From Clostridia bacterium (GTDB lineage: Bacteria > Bacillota > Clostridia > Christensenellales > CAG-314), in assembly GCA_017500855.1 (NCBI GenBank), contig JAFVYC010000022.1, positions 13,020 through 77,019 of the forward strand: a stretch of 64,000 nt of DNA, read 5' to 3'. Numbering within the stretch: position 1 is the first letter of the stretch; each line of letters begins with the position of its first letter. The position numbers were made by a program, and so were the translations under genes. Positions 46,431 to 54,604 of the stretch are shown in pieces. Below the pieces are notes generated by a model. It was not told where the DNA came from. It ran no database searches and saw only the letters and a program-made list of their open reading frames with translations.

Positions 46431-47858
46431 CTAGTCTATTGGCAAAAATTCGTCGGTGATGTTTTGCTTTGTTGCAGTTTTGCCAAAGTTGTCGATGCTG
46501 ACTTTGTTCTTTTCGCCGTGCGTCAAGCATCCTGCTCCACCAACGCAACCCCCAAGGCACGCCATGCCTTCGATAAAGTTGCTGTCGATGAGGTTTTTGC
46601 TTTTCTTCATCAAAGCAAGTTTGCACTCTTCAATGCCGTTGCAAACAGTTGGATTTACCTTGAAATCCACCCCCTGCTCTTCCAAACTGCGCACTGCCGC
46701 TTCGGCAAGTCCACCACTGCGAGCAAAAATTCTGCCAAAGAAAGATGCGTTGTCGATGGTGCCTTCTTGCAAAGTTGTGATTTCGATATCCCTGCTGTCG
46801 AACAGCGCTTGCAATTCTTCAAACGTCAGCACCACGTCTACAAACGGCGCAACGTTTTGCTTGGTACGTTCTGCCTTTTTGGCTGTGCAAGGTCCAATGA
46901 ACACCACCTTGCTGTTGGGCACTTGCTTTTTGATGAACTCTCCGATTACTGCCATTGGCGACCGGTTGTGCGACACGTGTTCCAACATTTGTGGGAAGTG
47001 TTTTTCCACGTAGGACACAAACGCAGGGCAACAACTGCTAAGCAAGAAGCCCTTTTCCGCAAGTTCCACGGCTTCGTCCTTGGCAACCATGTCGGCACCC
47101 ATTGCCGCTTCCACAACGGAGTAGAAGCCCAATTGCTTGATGCCTGTCAGCACTTGGCCAAGTTTTGCGTAGGTAAATTGGCTGGCAATTGCAGGCGCAA
47201 CAACGGCAAACACCTTGTAGTCTTGGTTGTTGTTGCTGTTTTTGATGAGGCGAATTGCATCCAGTATGTACGAAACGTCGGTGATGGCGCCAAACGGGCA
47301 TTGGTACACACACGCCCCGCAGGAAATGCACTTGCTGTTGCGAATGCGTGCAGTGCCGTCCTCGTTGGTGGAAATGGCCTTGACTTTGCAAGCCCTTTCG
47401 CACGGGCGCTTGTAGTTGCGAATTGCGTGGTAGGGGCAAATTTTGGCACACGCCCCGCATTGTTTGCACTTGGTTTTGTCTACGTGGGCAACACGGTTTT
47501 CGTCAATTGTGATGGCGCCAAACTTGCATGCGTACTTGCATTGATGCGCCAAACAGCCTTGGCAAGCGTTTGTCACTTCGTAGCCACCAATGGGGCATTC
47601 CTCGCAAGCAACTTCCACCACTTGAATGGGGTTGGGGTTTTCCCTGTTGCCACCCATTGCCATTTGAATGCGTTCGGCAACAATGGCACGTTCCTTGTAC
47701 ACACAACAGCGCATTGTTGGCTCTTTGCCGGGGATGATGCGTTTGGGAATTTCCAACAGGCTACTTTCCAACGTGCCTGCCCATTCTTCCCTTGCAACTT
47801 CCTTCAACACCCTGTACTTTACAAATTGAACTTTCGTGTCGAACTTTAGTACTTCCAC
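46431..47858 (-). CDS. [FeFe]-hydrogenase family protein with N-terminal 4Fe-4S ferredoxin-like clusters
   Basis: H-cluster motifs are present: L1 SSCCPAFV, L2 GPCTAKKAE, L3 EGMACLGGCVGGAGC. Two CxxCxxCxxxCP ferredoxin motifs lie upstream. Start set at the GTG at 47858 (AAGGAG SD 6 nt upstream); the ORF track uses a TTG at 47885. Confidence 0.85.
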   Translation of the reverse strand: MEVLKFDTKVQFVKYRVLKEVAREEWAGTLESSLLEIPKRIIPGKEPTMRCCVYKERAIVAERIQMAMGGNRENPNPIQVVEVACEECPIGGYEVTNACQGCLAHQCKYACKFGAITIDENRVAHVDKTKCKQCGACAKICPYHAIRNYKRPCERACKVKAISTNEDGTARIRNSKCISCGACVYQCPFGAITDVSYILDAIRLIKNSNNNQDYKVFAVVAPAIASQFTYAKLGQVLTGIKQLGFYSVVEAAMGADMVAKDEAVELAEKGFLLSSCCPAFVSYVEKHFPQMLEHVSHNRSPMAVIGEFIKKQVPNSKVVFIGPCTAKKAERTKQNVAPFVDVVLTFEELQALFDSRDIEITTLQEGTIDNASFFGRIFARSGGLAEAAVRSLEEQGVDFKVNPTVCNGIEECKLALMKKSKNLIDSNFIEGMACLGGCVGGAGCLTHGEKNKVSIDNFGKTATKQNITDEFLPID

Positions 47859-47885
47859 TTTGCTCTCCTTTTGCAAACGTTCCAA

Positions 47886-49307
47886 CTATTCTTGTGAAAC
47901 ACGTGCAACTTTGATAAGGTTTGTTCCAACGTTTTTGCCAAGTGGCACGCCGGCTGTGATAACGATGTTGTCCCCTTCCTTGGCAAGTCCCAAGCGTTTT
48001 ACCGTTTCTTCAGCATTGATGAACATGTCGTCGATGTTGTCGAAAACTTGGCAAATAACGGGGATTACGCCCCAACTTGGGGAAAGTTGGTGGTACACCT
48101 TGTCGGTGCTGGTCATGGCAACGATGGGCGCACCCGGACGGAAGCGGGAAACCATGCGTGCGGAAATACCGCTTGCTGTGTACACCACAATTGCCTTTGC
48201 TTGAATGTCGAAAGACGTGTTTACCGTTGCGTGGGAAATGGCGTCGTTGTTGTCCATCAAAGTGAATGGGGAGGACGTGTACATTGCCTTGTAGTCGATG
48301 TTGCGTTCGGCTTCTTCGGCAATGCGAGCCATTGTTGCAATTGTGTTGGGTGGGTTGATGCCCACGGCGCTTTCTGCCGAAAGCATCACGCAACTTGTGC
48401 CGTCGTACACGGCGTTGGCAACGTCTACAATTTCCGCACGTGTTGGGCGAAGTTTTGTGATCATGCTTTCCAACATTTCCGTTGCCGTGATAACAAACTT
48501 GCCACGCATACGGCTACGTGTGATAAGCACTTTTTGAATTGCAGGAAGTTTTTCGTAGGGCAATTCCACGCCAAGGTCGCCACGTGCAACCATGATGCCG
48601 TCGGAGAAGTCGATGATTTCTTCCAAATTGTTCACACCTTGTTGGCTTTCAATTTTGGAAACGATTGCAACGTCCTTTGCGCCACGGCTTGCAAGGTACT
48701 CCCTTACTTGCTTTACGCAATTTCCATCTTGAACAAAACTTAGGGCAAACATTTCAGCGCCGATTTTCACGCCAAAATCCAAGTCCTTTTTGTCCTGCTC
48801 GGACAAAAACGGCATGTTGAGTTTTGCATTGGGGGCAAACAAACCCTTGCGATCTGCCAAAACACCACTGTTTTGCGCAACAGTGTGGATTGTGCCGTTT
48901 TCGATGCCAACAACCTTGAAAATGAGCAACCCGTCGTTGAGAAGCAAATCCGAACCAACGGCAATGTCCTTGTGCAAGTCGGGGTAGGTAACGGAAACCC
49001 TTGTTTCGTCGCCAACAACGGGTGTGTTGACAAAGTCGAACTTCATGCCTTCCACAACGTCAATTTTGCCATTGGCAAAAGTACCAATGCGCACTTCGGG
49101 GCCTTTTGTGTCCACCATGATGGGGATGGGCATGCCAAGGGCACGGCGCACTTTTTTGATGTTGTCCACCTTGACTTGGTGTTCCTCGTAGGTGCCGTGG
49201 CTCATGTTGATGCGGGCAACGTTCATGCCGGCAAGCGCCATTTTTTTGAGTTGATCGTAGGTGGTGCTTGCTGGGCCAAGGGTGCAAATAATTTTGGTTT
49301 TTCTCAC
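47886..49307 (-). CDS. pyk: pyruvate kinase
   Basis: 473 aa with a GTG start and GGGAGG SD. MRKTKIICTLGPAS...ARINMSHGTYEEH...MVDTKGPEVRIG...MVARGDLGVELP matches pyruvate kinase. Confidence 0.95.
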   Translation of the reverse strand: MRKTKIICTLGPASTTYDQLKKMALAGMNVARINMSHGTYEEHQVKVDNIKKVRRALGMPIPIMVDTKGPEVRIGTFANGKIDVVEGMKFDFVNTPVVGDETRVSVTYPDLHKDIAVGSDLLLNDGLLIFKVVGIENGTIHTVAQNSGVLADRKGLFAPNAKLNMPFLSEQDKKDLDFGVKIGAEMFALSFVQDGNCVKQVREYLASRGAKDVAIVSKIESQQGVNNLEEIIDFSDGIMVARGDLGVELPYEKLPAIQKVLITRSRMRGKFVITATEMLESMITKLRPTRAEIVDVANAVYDGTSCVMLSAESAVGINPPNTIATMARIAEEAERNIDYKAMYTSSPFTLMDNNDAISHATVNTSFDIQAKAIVVYTASGISARMVSRFRPGAPIVAMTSTDKVYHQLSPSWGVIPVICQVFDNIDDMFINAEETVKRLGLAKEGDNIVITAGVPLGKNVGTNLIKVARVSQE

Positions 49308-49452
49308 AATCTATTCCTCCCAACGAAAATTGGCTGTGTTTTGTTGCCGAAATTGGCAACAACACCGTCTTTTAGAAAGTTTGCGCAAATCCGTTGACCT
49401 TTTGCATCAGTTTGGTCTTTTTGCAAAAAATCAACTTCTACGCATTATACTC

Positions 49453-49481
49453 ATTATACTGCAAAATGCAAATTTTGTAAA
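49453..49481 (-). promoter_or_regulatory. pyk promoter
   Basis: Minus strand: TTTACA (49481-49476), 17 nt, TATAAT (49458-49453). Confidence 0.5.
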
Positions 49482-49606
49482 TAAACTGCGTATAAATTTT
49501 GCCAAATTGGCAGTATTATTTTATTATCTATAATTTGTTCTACAACCCTTTCGGCAAAAACAAACCCCACGCAAAAAAAACGGGCAGTTTGAACAAGGCA
49601 ATTTTG

Positions 49607-49635
49607 TTGACAATTTTTGCCTTTGCAAGTACAAT
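49607..49635 (+). promoter_or_regulatory. psuG promoter
   Basis: TTGACA (49607-49612), 17 nt, TACAAT (49630-49635). Confidence 0.6.
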
Positions 49636-49662
49636 GTAGAAAAGAGAAAAACGGAGGCCACA

Positions 49663-50580
49663 ATGAAAAACTACTTGCATATTTCCGAAGAAGTACAACA
49701 AGCCTTGGCTGAGAACAAACCTGTTGTTGCGTTGGAATCGACCATCATTTCCCACGGAATGCCCTACCCGCAAAACGTGCAAACGGCGCAAATGGTAGAA
49801 CAAATAATTCGTGATGCAGGCGCAATCCCCGCAACTATTGCCGTGATAGAAGGCAAACTGACTGTGGGTTGCTCGGCAGAACAAATTGACCGTTTGGGAC
49901 AGAAGGGGCTTGCCGTGACAAAGGTTTCCCGCAGGGACTTGCCGTTTGTTGTGGCAAAAAAGCAAGACGGAGCAACAACCGTGGCTGCAACAATGTACAT
50001 TGCGCACCTTGCCGGAGTGCACGTGTTTGCAACGGGTGGCATTGGCGGAGTGCATCGCAACGCCGAAACGACCATGGATATTTCCGCCGATTTGGACGAA
50101 TTGCAAGAAACAAGCGTGATGGTTGTGTGCGCAGGCGCAAAATCCATTTTGGACATTGGCTTGACTTTGGAATGTCTGGAAACTCGTGGAGTGCCGGTTG
50201 TTGGCTACAAAACGGAAGACATGCCTGCTTTCTACACACAAAAAAGTGGCTTCAAAGTGGACTACCGACTTGACACGCCACAAGAAATTGCTCTTGCCTA
50301 CCACTGCAAATGCGCAATTGGTTTGAAGGGAGGAATGCTTGTTGCCAACCCCATCCCCGACCAGTACGCAATGGACAGCAACTACATCGACGAAAACATT
50401 CGCCGTGCGTTGGAAGAAGCCGACCATTTGGGCATTCACGGCAAGGAAACAACGCCCTACCTTTTGGACAAAATTCAAAAGTTGACAGGCGGACAAAGCT
50501 TGCAATCCAACATCCAACTTGTGTACAACAACGCAAAACTTGGTGCCGAAATTGCCAAGGAATTGTGCAAAATCCGCTAG
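49663..50580 (+). CDS. psuG: pseudouridine-5'-phosphate glycosidase
   Basis: 305 aa. VALESTIISHGMPYPQN...ATTVAATMYIAHLAGVHVFATGGIGGVHR...VCAGAKSILD matches the IndA/PsuG family. Confidence 0.93.
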   Translation: MKNYLHISEEVQQALAENKPVVALESTIISHGMPYPQNVQTAQMVEQIIRDAGAIPATIAVIEGKLTVGCSAEQIDRLGQKGLAVTKVSRRDLPFVVAKKQDGATTVAATMYIAHLAGVHVFATGGIGGVHRNAETTMDISADLDELQETSVMVVCAGAKSILDIGLTLECLETRGVPVVGYKTEDMPAFYTQKSGFKVDYRLDTPQEIALAYHCKCAIGLKGGMLVANPIPDQYAMDSNYIDENIRRALEEADHLGIHGKETTPYLLDKIQKLTGGQSLQSNIQLVYNNAKLGAEIAKELCKIR

Positions 50581-50640
50581 ACGTGGTGCCGAAATAGCAC
50601 TTTTGTCGATGCCAAAAATCAACAAAATGTCAACACGGCG
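50568..50640 (+). repeat. direct repeat copy 1 (overlaps the psuG stop codon)
   Basis: CAAAATCCGCTAGACGTGGTGCCGAAATAGCACTTTTGTCGATGCCAAAAATCAACAAAA... recurs at 50722-50790 with a few substitutions. Confidence 0.85.
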
Positions 50641-50721
50641 TTGAACTACCATTGGGAAAACCCAACTGCAGAGAATTGACCGGAACAAAATTTTTGAGAA
50701 ATAAACGGAGCAAAGATTATT

Positions 50722-50790
50722 CAAAATCCACTAGACGTGGTGCCGAAATAGCACTTTTGTCTACGCCAAAAATCAACAAAACGTTCGGCG
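50722..50790 (+). repeat. direct repeat copy 2
   Basis: CAAAATCCACTAGACGTGGTGCCGAAATAGCACTTTTGTCTACGCCAAAAATCAACAAAA... Confidence 0.85.
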
Positions 50791-50948
50791 TAAGTTTGCG
50801 CCAGAAAAGCCCAAACAAAAAAAAATGCCCATCACAAATGCAACGGCTGGGCAATTGAAAGAAAAAGTCCTTCGGAAAAACGTGCATTGCAAACAAAAAG
50901 AGCAAGAATAGAAAGGAAAAAACCTTTTGTTCTTGCTCTTGTTTTTTG

Positions 50949-51965
50949 TTATTCCACCACCACAATTTTGCTGGAAATTGCAAATTCTTCTGGGGTGCTT
51001 TTTGCAAGTTCTTGGTCGAGCTTGCTGAATTTGATTGTTTTGCCAACAAGCTTGTCTATGTTGATTGTGTTTGTCACAAGCAAGTTGATTGCGCTGGAAA
51101 ACTTGCCAACGCCGTTGTACACGCCAAAAATTTTGAGGTGCTTTTGGCAAATTTGCGCAACGGACAGTTTGCTTTCCTTTGCCGAGTAGCCTGCCACGCA
51201 AATGTTTGCGTTGAAGGATGCCGCCTTGAACACGTCCTTGAAGTTGTAGTCGCTGTTGGCAAAGAACACAAGTTCCTTGCACATTCTGCCACCTGTGATG
51301 GTGCGAATTTCCTTTTCCACGTCCACTTGGTCGGAATTGAATGAGTAGTAGATGCCCAATTCCTGCGCCGAAGCCAACAATTCCTCGTTGTTGCTGACAA
51401 GCACCGGCACTGCTTGGTAGAACGCAACAAGTTGCGCAAGAAGCAAACCTGCTTTTGAGGTTGCAAAAACGGCTATGTGACGACCTTTTTCCAAGTTAAG
51501 CGAGTCGGCAATGTTCAAGCAAAACGCCAAGTAGGACACAAACAGCGCCTTCTCGTCGGACAAGTTGTCGGGAAGCACGTGCAACGCCGAGTAGGGCAAG
51601 TCCACAAAGTTTTGCAACAAGCCGTTGCAGTTGTGGCCAAGTTCTGCCATTTCCGAACAGTTGGTGTAGTCGCCAGCCAAACATTCGGCGCAACTTTCGC
51701 AAGGCAAGTAGGGTTCAATAACCACCCTGTCCATTTTGCGCAGTTTGGATTTTTCCTTGTTGAACACTTCCGACACAACACCCATGGCGTTTCTGCCAAA
51801 AACAAATGGGTACTTTCGTCGGTTTGTGCCGTTGTATATTTCGTAGTCGGATGTCGAGAGCAACACTTTTTCTACTTTGACCTTGACCATGCCGTTAGAC
51901 AGCGTGGTTGGGGCAAACTCTTCCAAGCGAAGCGCCTCGGGACCGTCTAGTAACCAGGCTTTCAT
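50949..51965 (-). CDS. medium-chain dehydrogenase/reductase (zinc-ADH family) with degenerate catalytic and cofactor motifs
   Basis: Start set at the ATG at 51965 (GGAGGAG SD). 338 aa. The structural-Zn motif CESCAECLAGDYTNC is present. The catalytic GHE is replaced by GRN (FGRNAMG), the usual ligand Cys region reads STSDYEIY, and GxGxxG reads ATSKAG. Confidence 0.78.
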   Translation of the reverse strand: MKAWLLDGPEALRLEEFAPTTLSNGMVKVKVEKVLLSTSDYEIYNGTNRRKYPFVFGRNAMGVVSEVFNKEKSKLRKMDRVVIEPYLPCESCAECLAGDYTNCSEMAELGHNCNGLLQNFVDLPYSALHVLPDNLSDEKALFVSYLAFCLNIADSLNLEKGRHIAVFATSKAGLLLAQLVAFYQAVPVLVSNNEELLASAQELGIYYSFNSDQVDVEKEIRTITGGRMCKELVFFANSDYNFKDVFKAASFNANICVAGYSAKESKLSVAQICQKHLKIFGVYNGVGKFSSAINLLVTNTINIDKLVGKTIKFSKLDQELAKSTPEEFAISSKIVVVE

Positions 51966-52433
51966 ATCTCCTCCATTGCAACCGTTTGTTGGTTGCATTG
52001 CGCCTGCCACAAAAGTTGGTTGCAAGCGCATCGTTTGTACAATTATATCAAAAAAAGCGCAAAAAATCTACCCATTTTTGAAAATTTTTTCAAAGTACAA
52101 AAATTGTAGCGCAAAACGGCACGGTTTTCCCTACCCCTGCCTGCCTTTTTCAAATTTTTGGAGCGCAAAAATTTTTTGAAAAAAGTTTGAAATTTTTTGC
52201 AATTTGACAAATTTTGCAAAAAGTTGGCAAATTTCTTGGCTTTGAAAAAATGCAAATTCTAACGTTGCAAACGGGCAATTTTTGTTTTGGCAAAAAACTT
52301 GCGGTTTTTTGGGGCAAAACAGTGGCGGTTTTGACAGTTTTTGGCACCACGTGGTGCGGTTTTTGCACTTCAATTTGCCTTGGAAACGTGGCTTGCCGAT
52401 TTTTGCAAGTTTTTGGCAAAAGTTTTGCACCTT

Positions 52434-52462
52434 GTTGACAACATTTTGGTTGTGTTGTACAA
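52434..52462 (+). promoter_or_regulatory. promoter of the MBL hydrolase gene
   Basis: TTGACA (52434-52439), 17 nt, TACAAT (52457-52462). Confidence 0.6.
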
Positions 52463-52495
52463 TAGAAGCACACCACCACACGGAGGCAAAACAAA

Positions 52496-53146
52496 ATGAA
52501 ACTTCAGTACATGGGACACAGTTGTTTCCGCATTATCAGCGAAATGGGCACCACCATTGTGTGCGACCCATTCAACAGCCAAATGGTTGGCATAGATTTG
52601 CCAAAAATCGGTTGCGACGTTGTGACCATTTCCCACCACCACGACGACCACGACTGTTTGGACAGCATCAAGGGCAATCCTGCGCAATTGGACGGCGAAA
52701 TTTCCTGCCTTGCCGACGACGTTGTTGTGGACAGTTTTGCCAGTTTTCACGACAAGCAAAAAGGCAAACTTCGTGGAACAAACCACGTGTTCCGTTTTGT
52801 TGTGGACGGCATTTCCGTTGTGCACATGGGCGACATTGGCGAACTGAATTTGCAACTTGTTGACCAAATTGCCGGTTGCGACGTGTTGCTTTTGCCCGTT
52901 GGCGGAACCTACACGGTGGATGCCACCGACGCCAAGTGGTACGTGGACAGGGTTTGCCCCAAAATTGTTGTGCCAATGCACTACAAAACGCCAATGCACA
53001 ACTTTGAAATTGACACGGTGGAAAGTTTTTTGCACCTTTTCGACGACCAAGACGTTGTGCGCCACGCATCGGAAACACTTGTGCTGAACGACGTGCCAAC
53101 AAACCAAACAACCAAAGTTATCACGCTGGAAATCTACCAAGACTAG
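52496..53146 (+). CDS. metallo-beta-lactamase-fold hydrolase (UPF0173-like)
   Basis: 216 aa. MKLQYMGHSCFRI...DVVTISHHHDDHD metal-binding motif. Confidence 0.85.
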   Translation: MKLQYMGHSCFRIISEMGTTIVCDPFNSQMVGIDLPKIGCDVVTISHHHDDHDCLDSIKGNPAQLDGEISCLADDVVVDSFASFHDKQKGKLRGTNHVFRFVVDGISVVHMGDIGELNLQLVDQIAGCDVLLLPVGGTYTVDATDAKWYVDRVCPKIVVPMHYKTPMHNFEIDTVESFLHLFDDQDVVRHASETLVLNDVPTNQTTKVITLEIYQD

Positions 53147-53589
53147 GCAACGCTTGCGAAAGTTTAGGCGAAAAAGGGAAGTCTGAGCAAAGTTTTTCGC
53201 ATACGGCGCAAACGTGAATGCTTGTTGCGCAAACGTGCAACAAGAGCGCAACACGTTGCAAAAGGCATTTTCCCTTGGCAAGTTGCCAAGGCAACGGCAC
53301 GACAGTTTGTATTTTTCAAACGCATTGCACGCCTTTGTGGAACGAAAAGGGCAACAACACAACTTGTTTGCCACTTTCAAACAAGTTGCAAGCATTTATG
53401 CAATGAAGAGGGCAACAACTCTTTTGCTAAAAAGGCAAATTTCAACAAAACAGTAGGTTGCAACGCAAGTTTCAAGGGCAAAACGGCGTTTGGGAACGTC
53501 GCCTTGCTTGCAAAAACCAACTTTTGGGCGCCTGCAAAAAATTTTTTGAAATTTCGTGCAAATTTTTTGAAAATATTTGTTGCAAAGCG

Positions 53590-53618
53590 TTGACAAATCT
53601 TTTTTTACATTGTATAAT
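53590..53618 (+). promoter_or_regulatory. promoter of the tRNA cluster
   Basis: TTGACA (53590-53595), 17 nt, TATAAT (53613-53618). An AT-rich UP-like tract lies immediately upstream. Confidence 0.65.
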
Positions 53619-53676
53619 AAGTAGGCTTTTGACAGTAGCAAAGGTTGATGACCTCGGCATGTCAGGGAACTAATAT

Positions 53677-53753
53677 GGCGGCGTAGCTTAGATGGTTATA
53701 GCGGCCGGTTCATACCCGGCAGGTCGTTGGTTCGAGTCCGACCGCCGCTACCA
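53677..53753 (+). tRNA. tRNA-Met (anticodon CAT); elongator Met versus Ile2-lysidine cannot be resolved by eye
   Basis: Cloverleaf: acceptor GGCGGCG/CGCCGCT, anticodon stem GCCGG/CCGGC with loop TTCATAC, T-arm GTTGG-TTCGAGT-CCGAC, CCA encoded. It lacks the 1:72 mismatch and the 3 G-C anticodon-stem pairs of initiator tRNA. Confidence 0.88.
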
Positions 53754-53758
53754 AATTT

Positions 53759-53833
53759 GGCTCCTTGGTCAAGCGGTCAAGACATCGCCCTTTCACGGCG
53801 GTAACAGGGGTTCGATTCCCCTAGGAGTCACCA
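53759..53833 (+). tRNA. tRNA-Glu (anticodon TTC)
   Basis: GGCTCCTTGGTCAAGCGGTCAAGACATCGCCCTTTCACGGCGGTAACAGGGGTTCGATTCCCCTAGGAGTCACCA. It is a near-canonical bacterial tRNA-Glu with anticodon loop CTTTCAC. Confidence 0.92.
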
Positions 53834-53837
53834 TTGT

Positions 53838-53913
53838 GGGGAGTTAGCTCAGCTGGGAGAGCATCTGCCTTACAAGCAGAGGGTCACAGGTTCGAGCCCT
53901 GTACTCCCCACCA
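53838..53913 (+). tRNA. tRNA-Val (anticodon TAC)
   Basis: GGGGAGTTAGCTCAGCTGGGAGAGCATCTGCCTTACAAGCAGAGGGTCACAGGTTCGAGCCCTGTACTCCCCACCA. Anticodon loop CTTACAA. Confidence 0.92.
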
Positions 53914-53922
53914 TACAAAAAA

Positions 53923-53948
53923 CCTCATCCAAACGGATGAGGTTTTTT
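53923..53948 (+). terminator. intrinsic terminator of the tRNA cluster
   Basis: Stem CCTCATCC-AAAC-GGATGAGG followed by T6. Confidence 0.8.
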
Positions 53949-53953
53949 GTTAT

Positions 53954-54108
53954 CCAAGTCGCAGACTTGGTATATCATCACGCTTTAGCGTGCATTCACG
54001 TGCGACTAGATGATATACAACACGTTGTGTTGGTGATATGCAAAACTTCGTTTTGATGATATACACGCCGTAGGCGTGATTTGTTATGGCAGTTCAATTT
54101 TAATTGAA
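53954..54108. repeat. second tandem array of short hairpins
   Basis: The stems are CCAAGTC-gca-GACTTGG, CACGC-ttta-GCGTG, CAACA-cgttg-TGTTG, CAAAA-cttcg-TTTTG, CACGCC-gta-GGCGTG and TTCAATT-tt-AATTGAA. They are separated by (G/T)ATAT(A/C)-like spacers. Confidence 0.75.
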
Positions 54109-54112
54109 GACG

Positions 54113-54158
54113 CCCCACCATACAAAAACCTCATCCAAACGGATGAGGCATTTTTTTT
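54113..54158 (+). repeat. duplicate of the tRNA-Val 3' end plus terminator
   Basis: CCCCACCATACAAAAACCTCATCCAAACGGATGAGG plus a T-run repeats 53906-53948 (one A fewer). Confidence 0.85.
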
Positions 54159-54532
54159 GTTTTGTAATGAATGTTTGTGACTGACGTTTTATTGTTTTTG
54201 CAATTGACGTTTTGCAGTTGCCCAATGGCAAAGGCGTGGCGCAAAGTTAAAATTTGCAACACCGCATCGAAAGCCTTGGGTGAGTTTGTCCATGGAAGAC
54301 GACAACATCAACAACAATACATGGCTAGTTTGTATTCTTGAAAAGGGAATACCTGCAAAAAACACTTGTTGTGGCAAGCGTTGACACGCCACAACTTCAA
54401 ATATCAACCACGTGTGTGGGAAAACAAGTTGTGTTTGCAAACTTTGCTGTGCTTCAGTTGCTTTGAAAAATTCAATTTTGCTTGCAAAAACTTGCATTTT
54501 GAAAATACTGCGCACAAATTGCTTGCTAAGTA

Positions 54533-54561
54533 TTGAAAAATCCCCCAAGAAGTGCTATAAT
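54533..54561 (+). promoter_or_regulatory. mscL promoter
   Basis: TTGAAA (54533-54538), 17 nt, TATAAT (54556-54561). Confidence 0.55.
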
Positions 54562-54604
54562 TTTACAAAACAATGCAACAAATGCATTTTATAGGAGGAA
54601 AGCA

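Noticed and set aside
49540-50724. 394-aa minus-strand ORF.
   Set aside because: It lies antisense to psuG (offset 123, codon-aligned). The psuG identity is unambiguous.
53677-53753. Initiator tRNA-fMet.
   Set aside because: Position 1:72 is paired (G-U), and the anticodon stem is GCCGG/CCGGC rather than ending in three consecutive G-C pairs. It is an elongator Met or a lysidine-modified Ile2 type.
53906-54158. Integrated prophage or genomic island at tRNA-Val.
   Set aside because: A direct repeat of the tRNA 3' end is present, but only 170 nt lie between the copies. They contain no integrase or any ORF. I reported this as a remnant or miniature-element hypothesis instead.
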